Shown here: piece by piece, positions 55,335 through 64,000 of the stretch
Layout of the letters: every line of letters starts with the position of its first letter
How positions within the stretch are numbered: the first letter of the stretch is position 1
Translations under genes and position numbers: made by a program
NCBI GenBank assembly: GCA_015063985.1
Contig: SVTC01000011.1
Location: 6,613 to 70,612 of the forward strand
From: Oscillospiraceae bacterium
Lineage (GTDB): Bacteria > Bacillota > Clostridia > Oscillospirales > SIG627
Length of the DNA stretch: 64,000 nt
Direction of reading: 5' to 3'
Notes under the pieces: generated by a model
What the model saw: only the letters and a program-made list of their open reading frames with translations
The model's database searches: none
Told to the model about the DNA's origin: nothing

Positions 55335-55738
55335 TTCAAAGCCTCCTTTTCTCTGCAGCTTTTGCATTTTCCCGTAACGGTAGTCTGAAAGCCGTCTATC
55401 TCAAAGCCGTGTATCTCAAGAAAATGCCTCTTCAATTTATCAAACTCCGCACAATGCAAATGGCTTAGCCTTCCGCAGGTATTGCAGACCAAATGATAGC
55501 TGTCCCGACAAGCCTCGCCATACACGTAGCAGGCGCCACCCGGCTCGTTTATCCTTCTCACAAGGCCCTGAGCATACATATTCTCCAGATATCTGTACAC
55601 AGTGGTCCTGCCCACAGATATATTTTTCTCCTCCAGGGCACGGCACAGATCCTGAACGCTCAGATGCTGCCCCTGATTCTCTGCCAAAAGCTCCTTTATA
55701 GCCCGCTTTTGCTTGGTAAGGTATTTTTCCGGTCTCAT
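55331..55738 (-). CDS. Fur-family metalloregulator
   Basis: A winged-helix N-terminus (GRTTVYRYLENM) and CxxC pairs (CNTCGRL..., GKCKSC) in a 135-aa protein. Confidence 0.85.
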   Translation of the reverse strand: MRPEKYLTKQKRAIKELLAENQGQHLSVQDLCRALEEKNISVGRTTVYRYLENMYAQGLVRRINEPGGACYVYGEACRDSYHLVCNTCGRLSHLHCAEFDKLKRHFLEIHGFEIDGFQTTVTGKCKSCREKEALK

Positions 55739-55757
55739 AATATCTCCAATTCGAAAT

Positions 55758-55772
55758 TGAAATTCATTTTCA
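55758..55772. promoter_or_regulatory. Candidate 7-1-7 Fur-type operator
   Basis: TGAAATT-C-ATTTTCA is 12/15 self-complementary. It lies about 20 nt upstream of the Fur-family ATG and resembles the TGATAAT-n-ATTATCA architecture. Confidence 0.35.
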
Positions 55773-55924
55773 TAATCGCAGATGCAATTATATCTTATCC
55801 GCGGAATTTTGTCAAGTTTTTTCTTTTCGGGAACTTATTACATAAATAAATTTACATATTTCTCTTGATTTTCCTTGCCGATTATAGTATTCTATTAATA
55901 TGAAGAAAATTATAAAAGGGATGG

Positions 55925-58282
55925 GTGTACCAATTGAAAAAACTCCTTTACTTATTATTGATATTCTGCCTCCTTCTGGGAGCATTTTCCATCACCGCAA
56001 GCGCTGAAAACGGAGTAGTTCTTTCCAAGGATCTCAACGCCGAAAACGCTCAGCAGGGCTGGACCTGGGACGGAAGCAAGCTAAAGCTCACCAACGCCTC
56101 CGTAAGCTGCAACGGCGATGCGTTTACCTTGCCCGCAGGCGCAATGATCGAGATAAACGGAAGCTGTACCGTCTCCTGCAGCGGCACTGCCTTCAACCTT
56201 TCGGGAGATACCACCTATATAATGGGCAAGGGCACGCTTCACGTGACCTCCTGCACCAACGGTATAGTGGGAAAATCCATAAGTGTTCAGGGTCCCACCA
56301 TACATATTTCCTCAACAGACAAGGGCGCCCTTCTGGAGGGCAAGCTGGGACTGATCTCGGGAAATATCAGCTTTGAAAACGGAGTCCAATGCACAGGCGC
56401 ATCCCTTGCGCCCGACCTTTATCTTGTTCAGGCAAGCAACTCCACCAAAAGCAGCTCCACCGCACAGCTCCTCCCCGTGACCGCAGAGCCCCACGTTGCC
56501 ATCGGTACTCTGTATAAGCTCAAGGTCACCGCAGACTCCAACGTCACCGTAAACGGCGTAAAGGAATTTGAAAAGAGCTACGTTTGCGGCGACGTTGTAT
56601 CCCTTGCCGCAAGCCCCGAAAAGAGCTTCCATTCCTGGACGTTCTCCGACAACGTAAAGCCCTTCAGCGGCGACAGCTCCGCCTCTCAGATAAAGCTTCT
56701 GATGCCCTCAAGCGACGCAAGCATCAAGGCAAACGCAGGCTACAAGCTCTCCTTTAAGATATCGGGCAAGGGCGATATAATCACCAAGCAATCCATTCAC
56801 GCCGCAGGTGAAAAAGTCATTATCGAAGCCAAGGCGGCAAGCGGAAACGTATTTTCAAGCTGGAGCGCACCCTCGGGAAGCTTCGAGGATGCAAAAAGCT
56901 CCACCACCGAATTTACAATGCCCGCAAGCAGTGTAACGGTAACCGCAAGCTTTGCCCCCCTCAGCGGCGGCTTGACAATTGAAGCCACCGAGGGCGGAAA
57001 GGTATCGCCTCAATCGGGCAACTATCCCGCAGGCTCCAAGATCACCCTTACCGCCACCCCCGATGCAGGCTACGCCTTTGACAGCTGGATAGCAAGCTCG
57101 GGCACCATAGAGAATCCCCTGGGAGCAACCACGGTATACACCGTCCCCGAGGGCAATGCAAAGATCACCGCAAGCTTTGTCAAGCTCGTTGCTCCTCCCA
57201 GCGAATTCACTCTAACCGTAACCGTCACCAATCCCGCGGGAGGCACCGTCAATATAAAAGGAGGAAAATATTCCGCAGGCGAAAAGATCGACCTTTTGTG
57301 CACGGTAACAAATACCAAGGATTGGCTCTTTATGGGCTGGAGCGCAGGAGCGGGAAGCTTCAGCAATTACACGACTGCCTCCACACAGTTCACCATGCCC
57401 ATGCAGGACGTTGAGGTAAAGGCTATAATCGGCAGCACCACCAACACTCTAACCGTCACCTCCACCGAGGGCGGTGTGGTCCTGGACAATATGGGCGTTG
57501 AGATCACCGGCTCCGAGCCGCTTTCCGAGACTGTGCTTAAGGGCACCCCCATGAGCTTTATCGCTCAGCCTATGGAGGGCTATATGTTCTCGGGCTGGAC
57601 AGTATCCGGCGGAGACCCTCTCAAGAATCCGTCCACACCCGCTCTTACCTACGTAATGGGCGCGGAAAGCGTCACCTTGACCGCCAACTTTATAAAATCC
57701 TCCTATGACCTGGACGTATCGGCCCAAGCGGGAGGAAAGGTAAATACCTCCGGCGGCTATAAGTCCCTGGGAACCACCATCAAGCTTACCGCCACCCCCG
57801 ATGCAGGCTATATTTTCGGCGGCTGGGACATAGTATTCACCACCGATGCGGAATTCGAGCTCATATACTCCGCCATCACCGAGAAAAATCTGCTGGACTC
57901 CCAAAGCATAAGCTTTGCTATGCCCGCCTGCCCCGTGACTCTGGTGGCTAAATTCTTCAAGGAGGGCGCACCGATTCCTTCCACTGGCACGCAAGCTCCC
58001 CCCACACAAACCCATAGTCAGACTCCCATAGGCACCGCACCCCACGACAGCGGCTTTGAAAGCGGCGACGACGCCCCCGTTGAGGAGACAAGCTTCCCCT
58101 GGTACGTGATAGTAATATTTGCACTTCTGGCACTTATCGGCGTGCTTTTGGTAATGCGCTCCGAAAAGAGGAGAAGAGAGGGCAAGGTAAGCATATATAA
58201 GGAGCTTTTTGCAAAGCACAATATGAAGAACCTGCAAAAATCCGCAACCAAGAAGATAAAAAAAGACGAGGATGAGGAGTAA
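55925..58282 (+). CDS. Surface protein with multiple Listeria-Bacteroides (InlB B-repeat-like) domains and a C-terminal TM anchor
   Basis: A signal peptide is followed by at least six repeats of the type GY.F.(S/G)W....G........T.F.MP...V.(V/L)TA.F. The TM helix is FPWYVIVIFALLALIGVLLVM, with a basic tail. The start is uncertain (GTG 55925 or TTG 55934). Confidence 0.7.
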   Translation: MYQLKKLLYLLLIFCLLLGAFSITASAENGVVLSKDLNAENAQQGWTWDGSKLKLTNASVSCNGDAFTLPAGAMIEINGSCTVSCSGTAFNLSGDTTYIMGKGTLHVTSCTNGIVGKSISVQGPTIHISSTDKGALLEGKLGLISGNISFENGVQCTGASLAPDLYLVQASNSTKSSSTAQLLPVTAEPHVAIGTLYKLKVTADSNVTVNGVKEFEKSYVCGDVVSLAASPEKSFHSWTFSDNVKPFSGDSSASQIKLLMPSSDASIKANAGYKLSFKISGKGDIITKQSIHAAGEKVIIEAKAASGNVFSSWSAPSGSFEDAKSSTTEFTMPASSVTVTASFAPLSGGLTIEATEGGKVSPQSGNYPAGSKITLTATPDAGYAFDSWIASSGTIENPLGATTVYTVPEGNAKITASFVKLVAPPSEFTLTVTVTNPAGGTVNIKGGKYSAGEKIDLLCTVTNTKDWLFMGWSAGAGSFSNYTTASTQFTMPMQDVEVKAIIGSTTNTLTVTSTEGGVVLDNMGVEITGSEPLSETVLKGTPMSFIAQPMEGYMFSGWTVSGGDPLKNPSTPALTYVMGAESVTLTANFIKSSYDLDVSAQAGGKVNTSGGYKSLGTTIKLTATPDAGYIFGGWDIVFTTDAEFELIYSAITEKNLLDSQSISFAMPACPVTLVAKFFKEGAPIPSTGTQAPPTQTHSQTPIGTAPHDSGFESGDDAPVEETSFPWYVIVIFALLALIGVLLVMRSEKRRREGKVSIYKELFAKHNMKNLQKSATKKIKKDEDEE

Positions 58283-58287
58283 AAAAA

Positions 58288-59130
58288 TTGAGAAAAGCAG
58301 AAGAGAATCATAAAAAAATACTTCAAAAAATACTTGACGAGGGCTATCCCGACGTCGATCCCCGCCCCCGTTATCCCGACGGCACCCCCGCACACACCAT
58401 AAGCATCAACCACGTTTTGACCTCCTACGATCTTTCCAAGGGTGAGTGTCCAATAATCACCCTCCGACCCATAGCCTGGAAAAGCTCCGTAAAGGAGATA
58501 CTTTGGATATACCAGGATGCCTCCAACGATCTTGACCGCCTGGAAAACCATTACGGCATCCGTTGGTGGAGAGATTGGGAATCCAAGGACAGACCGGGCA
58601 CCATCGGTCAGCGTTACGGCGCCACCGTGAAAAAATACGATCTTATGAAAAGGCTTCTTTCGGGGATAGAGAGCAATCCCTATGGCAGACGCCACATTAT
58701 GAGCCTTTGGCAGGAGGCAGACTTTAAGGAGAGCGACGGTCTTATGCCCTGCTGCTATGAGACCTTGTGGAACGTCAGAGGTAAATACCTTGATATGACC
58801 ATGATCCAGCGCTCCAGCGATTACGCCACCGCAGGCGTTATAAACGAGCTTCAGTACAGCGCTCTGTTAATGATGGTAGCAAGGCATCTGGGCTATGAGC
58901 CCGGTGTATTTACACACTTCAACGTAAACGTGCAGATCTACGACAGACACGTAGAGCAGGCAAAGGAGCTTATAAGAAGAGAGCCCATAGCCTGCAATCC
59001 CCGTCTTGTATTAAACCCCGAAAAGAAGGATTTCTACTCCTTCACCATCGATGACTTTACCCTGGAGGACTATCCCTTGGACGAGATCAAGGAGAAAAAT
59101 CCTCAGCTGAAATTCGAGCTTGGGATCTGA
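58288..59130 (+). CDS. thyA: Thymidylate synthase (Bacillus ThyA-like form)
   Basis: DGTPAHT, RRHIMSLW, the catalytic-Cys segment LMPCCYETLWNV, and the DFYSFTIDDFTL tail closely parallel the 279-aa Bacillus ThyA type. The start codon is TTG. Confidence 0.88.
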   Translation: MRKAEENHKKILQKILDEGYPDVDPRPRYPDGTPAHTISINHVLTSYDLSKGECPIITLRPIAWKSSVKEILWIYQDASNDLDRLENHYGIRWWRDWESKDRPGTIGQRYGATVKKYDLMKRLLSGIESNPYGRRHIMSLWQEADFKESDGLMPCCYETLWNVRGKYLDMTMIQRSSDYATAGVINELQYSALLMMVARHLGYEPGVFTHFNVNVQIYDRHVEQAKELIRREPIACNPRLVLNPEKKDFYSFTIDDFTLEDYPLDEIKEKNPQLKFELGI

Positions 59131-59131
59131 T

Positions 59132-59908
59132 ATGACACTTTCAAAGCATCAATGCGATCTTCTCACCAAGCAGCTATTGATAATCGGCGAGCAAATGATA
59201 CTCTGCGGCAGTGAGATCCACCGCGTGGAGGACACGGTCCGCCGCATCGGCAAGGCATACGGCGCGCTCCGTACCGACATCTTTGCCATAAACAGCTGTA
59301 TTTTTCTGGCAATGGAATTTCCATTTTTTGATGAACAGACCTACACCCGCCGCATCACCCGCGGCGAAAGCACGGATTATCAAAAGCTGGAAAGACTCAA
59401 CGCGCTTAGCAGAAGCATCTGCGAGGCTCCCATCTCCCCCGATGAATTGGAAACGCGAGTCAAGGAGATAGTTTCCAAAAAAGCCTCCACGGCAAAATTT
59501 TTTATAGGAAGCGTGTTGGCGGCTTCAGCCTTCAGCCTTTTCTTCGGCGGCTCATATTTCGATGCCTTGGCGGCGGGTATTTTCGCCGTCATCATAGCGC
59601 TGATGCAAAGGTATCTCGCCTCCTACTGCCCCACCGCCTTTTTCTTCACCTTTACCGCATCCCTGGTGTCCGGTATTCTCATATATCTGACCTGCACCGC
59701 CTTCCCCGCACTTCATTCCGATAAGGTGGCTATAGGCGATATTATGCTTCTTGTACCGGGAATCGGTATAACCACCTCCGTGAGAAATATGCTGGTAGGC
59801 GATACCGTTTCGGGCTGGCTGAGATTTGTAGAGGTCCTGCTTCAGGCGGCGGCTCTTGCCGCAGGATTTATGCTTGCAATGGCAATTGCAGGAGGTGATC
59901 TGCTGTGA
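59132..59908 (+). CDS. Threonine/serine exporter family protein (ThrE N-terminal-type subunit)
   Basis: GSEIHRVEDTVRRIGKAYG is followed by five hydrophobic segments, and the ThrE_2-type partner gene comes next. Confidence 0.7.
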   Translation: MTLSKHQCDLLTKQLLIIGEQMILCGSEIHRVEDTVRRIGKAYGALRTDIFAINSCIFLAMEFPFFDEQTYTRRITRGESTDYQKLERLNALSRSICEAPISPDELETRVKEIVSKKASTAKFFIGSVLAASAFSLFFGGSYFDALAAGIFAVIIALMQRYLASYCPTAFFFTFTASLVSGILIYLTCTAFPALHSDKVAIGDIMLLVPGIGITTSVRNMLVGDTVSGWLRFVEVLLQAAALAAGFMLAMAIAGGDLL

Positions 59909-60351
59909 TGGAGGCACTTTTGCAGATACTCTGGGCTTGGATAGGCTCCCTTGGCTTTATTTTGATATTCAACCAAAGAAGCTTAAGACTTCTTATCCCC
60001 GGAAGCCTTTGCGGAGCGTTTAGCTGGGCGGTTTATCTTCTTTGCGATATGGTCTTTAATATGGGAAGCTTTTTGTGCTCCTTGTGGGCGGCAGTATTCC
60101 TTGCCCTTTATGCCGAGGTTATGGCGCGCATTATAAAAGCCCCCACAACGGTCTTCATCGGCCCGGGAATCATTCCCCTCGTGCCAGGAAGCTTGCTCTA
60201 CTACACAATGACCCACATCTTGCAAAGAAGTTGGCGGGATGCGATAGATTTCGGCTTGAGAACCCTCTCCTGCGCACTGGGAATAGCCGCGGGAATCGCT
60301 GTTGTATCCGCATTGGGATATATTTTGAGAAAAATAAAAAACAAAAGCTAA
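59908..60351 (+). CDS. Threonine/serine exporter family protein (small subunit)
   Basis: A 147-aa protein with four TM segments. Its ATG shares a base with the upstream stop (TGATG). Confidence 0.65.
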   Translation: MEALLQILWAWIGSLGFILIFNQRSLRLLIPGSLCGAFSWAVYLLCDMVFNMGSFLCSLWAAVFLALYAEVMARIIKAPTTVFIGPGIIPLVPGSLLYYTMTHILQRSWRDAIDFGLRTLSCALGIAAGIAVVSALGYILRKIKNKS

Positions 60352-60354
60352 ATA

Positions 60355-60384
60355 AAGGGGCTTCCGTAGGGAAGCCTCTTTTTC
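60355..60384 (+). terminator. Terminator between the exporter genes and the convergent peptidase gene
   Basis: The stem aggggcttcc/ggaagcctct is followed by T5. Confidence 0.7.
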
Positions 60385-60399
60385 AATTATTTCAGTTAA

Positions 60400-62181
60400 T
60401 TATTTCCAAGCCAGATAACGTTGCTCTGCAAGGAAATCAAAATAAGCGACCAGCTCTTCAAACTTTTCACGGATCTCTTCATCACTGCAAAGGTTCAATT
60501 CAAGGGCAGTCTGTACGGCGATCTGCCACAAACTGCGCTTTCCGTCGATCCAGAAAAGAGGAACGTTCATTTTGCCGTTCCAAGCCACACAGTACGGCGG
60601 ATTTTTCAATTCGGGTCTGCCGTGCAAGGTCAGACAGCCCTTTACCAAGCGCTCAGGAACATCGTTACCGCGTTCTGCGGCATATTCGGGCATTGGCAAA
60701 GCCTCTTCAACGGGCTTTTCATAATCCAAAGTGCCGTCAATGCGGCGAAGTGAATATCTCGCCCTGAAAAACGCTTCCTCGTTATGCCTTTTTTTACGGG
60801 GATGAAGCTGGGAAGCATTCTCCCTTATCAAGCGAGCCTTCAGCTCCCTTTCGAGCATACTGCAGGTCTCTGCATCGGCATCTGCCAAACCGTAAAGATA
60901 AACACCCAATATCAGCGAATTGCGTTTTAGTATCTCCGGTTGAATACGCTCGGGCGTATCAAAGGAAGAATGATAACTCAAAGCGGGCGATGCAACCAAA
61001 GCAACAGAGGGCGTGTTAAAGATGGGGTCGGCAATGATATTATCCGTTCCCAGCTCGTCCGCAAAATACATACTTTTAAAATCATTCTTCACGTTTTTAT
61101 ATTCCCCGTAGAGCCTTACAGAGAGATCCAAAGCCGCATCGGCATAGCTCCAATTGGCTATGGGATCGTAGCGAAGGGAAAGCTGTGTTCTGTCTATACT
61201 CTCGGTGCCTATCATATCAACAACTCCGCCGCAGAGCATTTTCCGTTGGGGATGAGCTAACATATATCCCATTGAACCGGTGCACTCACCGCCCATAGCA
61301 AAACGGATAGTGCGCTTGGGTCGGGGCAGCAAGCCACGGGCGATCGCCTCCTCGAAGCAAGCGGCAAGCTCCAGCAAGGCAGCACTGCCTGATGCGTTGT
61401 CGTTTGCGCCGGGCTCGTAAAGATGCGCATAGCTAAAGACCTCCGGAAGCGAAGGGTCAATACCCATCAAAGCACCGGAAACGGTGTTGTTAACACCCTC
61501 GTAGAATTGGGTTTTAATATCCGCAGTAAGCCTGACAGAAGCTTTTTTCAACTGTTCGCGAAGCCTGTCTCCCTGACGGGGAGTAAGCTTGAAGCCGAAA
61601 ACCGTAGGTCTTTTCCAGCTCATCCCCTGCCAGACACAGTCATCGTAAAGCTCCTTGCGGCTGTCACGAATTCCCTCGTGAAGAGGAACCTGGTCCGAAA
61701 GCACACCGATAGCACCTGCGTTATATGCTTTCCTTGCTATCGCCGCGTTGGGGCGGTCGGACAGCAGGATTTTCCCCTTAAGAGATCCGTCTGAAGGAAA
61801 CTCATCCATACCCGTAACGTCTACCACCTCGCCCTCCACAACTCCGTCGGTCGAGGGAGAATACATACTCAAAGAACATGGATTTTTTTGATAGTCCGCT
61901 ATTACCTCACCGTCGGCATAGCATAAAACGCCACGCTCCGCCTTCCACGCAAGAGGAATCACCCAATCACCGTAACAGGTCTTACCGTCCGCCTTCAAGT
62001 ACAAGGTTTCAGTATCCTTCAAACCCGCCGCCTTCATTGAGTCTAAACAGTAATTCGCCGTATCCTCGTAACGGGAGTAATCGTTCCATTTGTCCCTCTC
62101 CCAAATTTCACGCAGCCGATCAAGGCAACGCTCGGTGTCAAACACCTGATCTAAAACCCTATAAATTTCTTTCCAGTCCAT
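60400..62181 (-). CDS. M28-like aminopeptidase-fold protein
   Basis: I chose the start MDWKEIY (62181), which follows GGAGG. The segment HLYEPGANDNASGSAALLE resembles the M28 metal-ligand Asp region. The assignment is tentative. Confidence 0.5.
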   Translation of the reverse strand: MDWKEIYRVLDQVFDTERCLDRLREIWERDKWNDYSRYEDTANYCLDSMKAAGLKDTETLYLKADGKTCYGDWVIPLAWKAERGVLCYADGEVIADYQKNPCSLSMYSPSTDGVVEGEVVDVTGMDEFPSDGSLKGKILLSDRPNAAIARKAYNAGAIGVLSDQVPLHEGIRDSRKELYDDCVWQGMSWKRPTVFGFKLTPRQGDRLREQLKKASVRLTADIKTQFYEGVNNTVSGALMGIDPSLPEVFSYAHLYEPGANDNASGSAALLELAACFEEAIARGLLPRPKRTIRFAMGGECTGSMGYMLAHPQRKMLCGGVVDMIGTESIDRTQLSLRYDPIANWSYADAALDLSVRLYGEYKNVKNDFKSMYFADELGTDNIIADPIFNTPSVALVASPALSYHSSFDTPERIQPEILKRNSLILGVYLYGLADADAETCSMLERELKARLIRENASQLHPRKKRHNEEAFFRARYSLRRIDGTLDYEKPVEEALPMPEYAAERGNDVPERLVKGCLTLHGRPELKNPPYCVAWNGKMNVPLFWIDGKRSLWQIAVQTALELNLCSDEEIREKFEELVAYFDFLAEQRYLAWK

Positions 62182-62309
62182 CTTAACCTCCTGCAGGATT
62201 TGTCTGCCTGCCCTTGTGTTTCCAAAATTCACACCAATAATCAAGTTGAATTATAGCAGACAATCTCTTTAAAGTCAATTAAACAAAAGAAAAACACTCA
62301 TATTATCAA

Positions 62310-62336
62310 GAAAAGGACTTCCGTAACGGAAGCCCT
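62310..62336 (-). terminator. Terminator after the SulP gene
   Basis: The minus strand shows gggcttccg/cggaagtcc followed by TTTTCTT. Confidence 0.6.
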
Positions 62337-62344
62337 TCGTGATT

Positions 62345-63973
62345 TTATTTATACTGCTCCAGGATCTGACCGATGTGCTCAAATATGTTCTCCTCGCCTA
62401 TAAGCTTATCAAAGCCGCTCTTTTTAAGGACCTTCATAGGCTGGGGATTTACGTGGGTCACACAAAATCTCACTCCCGCGCTTTGAGCCTTCCTTGCCAG
62501 GTTTTCCAAAGCGTTGAGAGCGGTGGCATCCAGGGAGCTTACCGAGCCCATTCTGAGTATCATACAGCGGTCGGTCTCGTCAAAGGTAAGACCCGAGATC
62601 TTGTCGCTGGCGCCGAAGAAAAGCTCGCCCTTGATATCATATACCTCCACTCCGGCAGGGAGTCCGCCCTTTTCGGGATCGCCCATCCACTGCTCCAGGC
62701 GGGTCTCGCGGCTCATTCGCCTCAGGAAAAGTACCGCCGTGAGGATAAGTCCTGCCGCAATGGCAACCACAAGGTCAAAGATAACAGTCAATGCGAAGGT
62801 GACCACCATTACAAGGGTATCGCTGCGGGGAGAGGATCTGACTATCTTCTTAAACTTTCTCCACTCGCTCATATTGTACGCCACTATAAAGAGTATTGCG
62901 GCAATGGTAGGCATGGGGATAAGACCTGCATAGGGCATCAGCACCAGAAGCACCAAAAGCAGTACAACGGCGTGAACCATACCCGCAACGGGAGTCCTTC
63001 CACCGTTTTTGGCATTGGCGGCGGTCCTTGCAATTGCACCGGTAGCGGGGATACCGCCGAAGGCAACACTGAACACGTTTCCTACGCCCTGCGCCACAAG
63101 CTCGGCATTGGAGTTGTGCTTATCGTTTACCATAGTGTCCGCAACCACGCAGGACAAAAGACTTTCTATTGCCGCAAGCAGGGCTATGGTAGCCGCATCG
63201 GGCAAAAGCGCTATGATACGCTCAAGGCTCAGATCGATCCCGCCCAAGGTGAAGGGAGGCAGACCCGAGGGAATGGTGTAAAGCTCTCCGATGGTATATA
63301 CCCCCTGATCGAACCAAGGGATGAACTTCACCAGAAGCGCGCCTACAATAACGGCGATCAGTGAGGGTGGAATCTTTTTCTCAAATTTGGGATAGATTAT
63401 CAAAATTGCAAGGCTGATCAGACCTATTACCAGCGCGGGAAGACTGAAGGTGGCTATTGCCTCCCAGTTTGCCTCCAGCTTTTCAAGGGTCTCGATGGGC
63501 TTTACACCCTCGGCGTATTTAAGTCCGAGAAAATCCTTGATCTGCCCAACCAGAATTGTCACTGCAATACCCGAGGTAAAGCCAACTGTGATGGTGGTGG
63601 GTATGAATTTGATCAGCGCGCCCAGCTTGAATATGCCCATAAGGATGAGCAATACGCCGGCAAGGAGTGTAGCTATGATAAGCCCGTCCATTCCCTGAGT
63701 GGCAACTATTCCCGCCACTATGGTGGCAAAGGCGGCGGTGGGACCCGCAATCTGCACTCGGCTTCCTCCCAGGAAGCTTACCATAAATCCCGCCGCAACG
63801 GCTGTATAAACGCCGCAGGCAGGCTCCACTCCCGATGCAAGAGCAAGTGCGATGCTCAGGGGCAGCGCGATTATCGCAACGATGATACCGGCAATTATAT
63901 CCTTGGTCAACTGTGCTGAGCCGTATCCCTTGAGAGTATCAAAGAGCTTGGGTTTAAGATAGAAGTTTTTCAA
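62345..63973 (-). CDS. SulP-family anion transporter with C-terminal STAS domain
   Basis: The N-terminal motif DIIAGIIVAIIALPLSIALALASGV, a polytopic core, and a soluble C-terminus (ILRMGSVSSLDATALNALENL). Confidence 0.88.
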   Translation of the reverse strand: MKNFYLKPKLFDTLKGYGSAQLTKDIIAGIIVAIIALPLSIALALASGVEPACGVYTAVAAGFMVSFLGGSRVQIAGPTAAFATIVAGIVATQGMDGLIIATLLAGVLLILMGIFKLGALIKFIPTTITVGFTSGIAVTILVGQIKDFLGLKYAEGVKPIETLEKLEANWEAIATFSLPALVIGLISLAILIIYPKFEKKIPPSLIAVIVGALLVKFIPWFDQGVYTIGELYTIPSGLPPFTLGGIDLSLERIIALLPDAATIALLAAIESLLSCVVADTMVNDKHNSNAELVAQGVGNVFSVAFGGIPATGAIARTAANAKNGGRTPVAGMVHAVVLLLVLLVLMPYAGLIPMPTIAAILFIVAYNMSEWRKFKKIVRSSPRSDTLVMVVTFALTVIFDLVVAIAAGLILTAVLFLRRMSRETRLEQWMGDPEKGGLPAGVEVYDIKGELFFGASDKISGLTFDETDRCMILRMGSVSSLDATALNALENLARKAQSAGVRFCVTHVNPQPMKVLKKSGFDKLIGEENIFEHIGQILEQYK

Positions 63974-64000
63974 GATTTTTGCTCCTTTTGCTTTGAATCT

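Overview
This 64-kb window looks like chromosomal DNA from a Firmicute, probably class Clostridia. That assignment is an inference from gene content and order (nusB-xseA-xseB, T-box-controlled pheST, rplM-rpsI, AGGAGG-type ribosome binding sites, many TTGACA-N17-TATAAT promoters). All domain calls come from reading motifs in the translated ORFs; no database search was run. Most of the window is housekeeping: serC-serA, nusB, xseAB, pheST, recD2, lnt-like, ttcA-like, rplM-rpsI, gap, tatD, metG, thyA, one tRNA-Gln, transporters and a small glycoside-hydrolase cluster. The standout is a 13.6-kb minus-strand operon (7303-20986) driven by a perfect consensus promoter. It encodes four proteins: (1) a secreted, single-pass-anchored von Willebrand A (vWA) protein with an intact metal-binding MIDAS motif; (2) a 1240-aa protein whose N-terminus carries tubulin/FtsZ GTP-binding motifs, including GGTGSG; (3) a 676-aa two-TM protein with no recognisable domain; and (4) a translationally coupled 1882-aa polytopic membrane protein with a PEEPK repeat linker, a zinc ribbon, an HExxH zincin module and a transglutaminase-like Cys-His-Asp core. 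I cannot match this combination to any described system and flag it as the main candidate. Accessory patches that look more AT-rich by eye hold four further items: an ECF sigma/anti-sigma module with a recent internal duplication and a frameshifted M23/ricin lysin gene; two copies of a hairpin-plus-10-mer repeat element flanking an XRE switch cassette beside tRNA-Gln; a frameshifted AbrB-like gene; and a duplicated XRE gene remnant.
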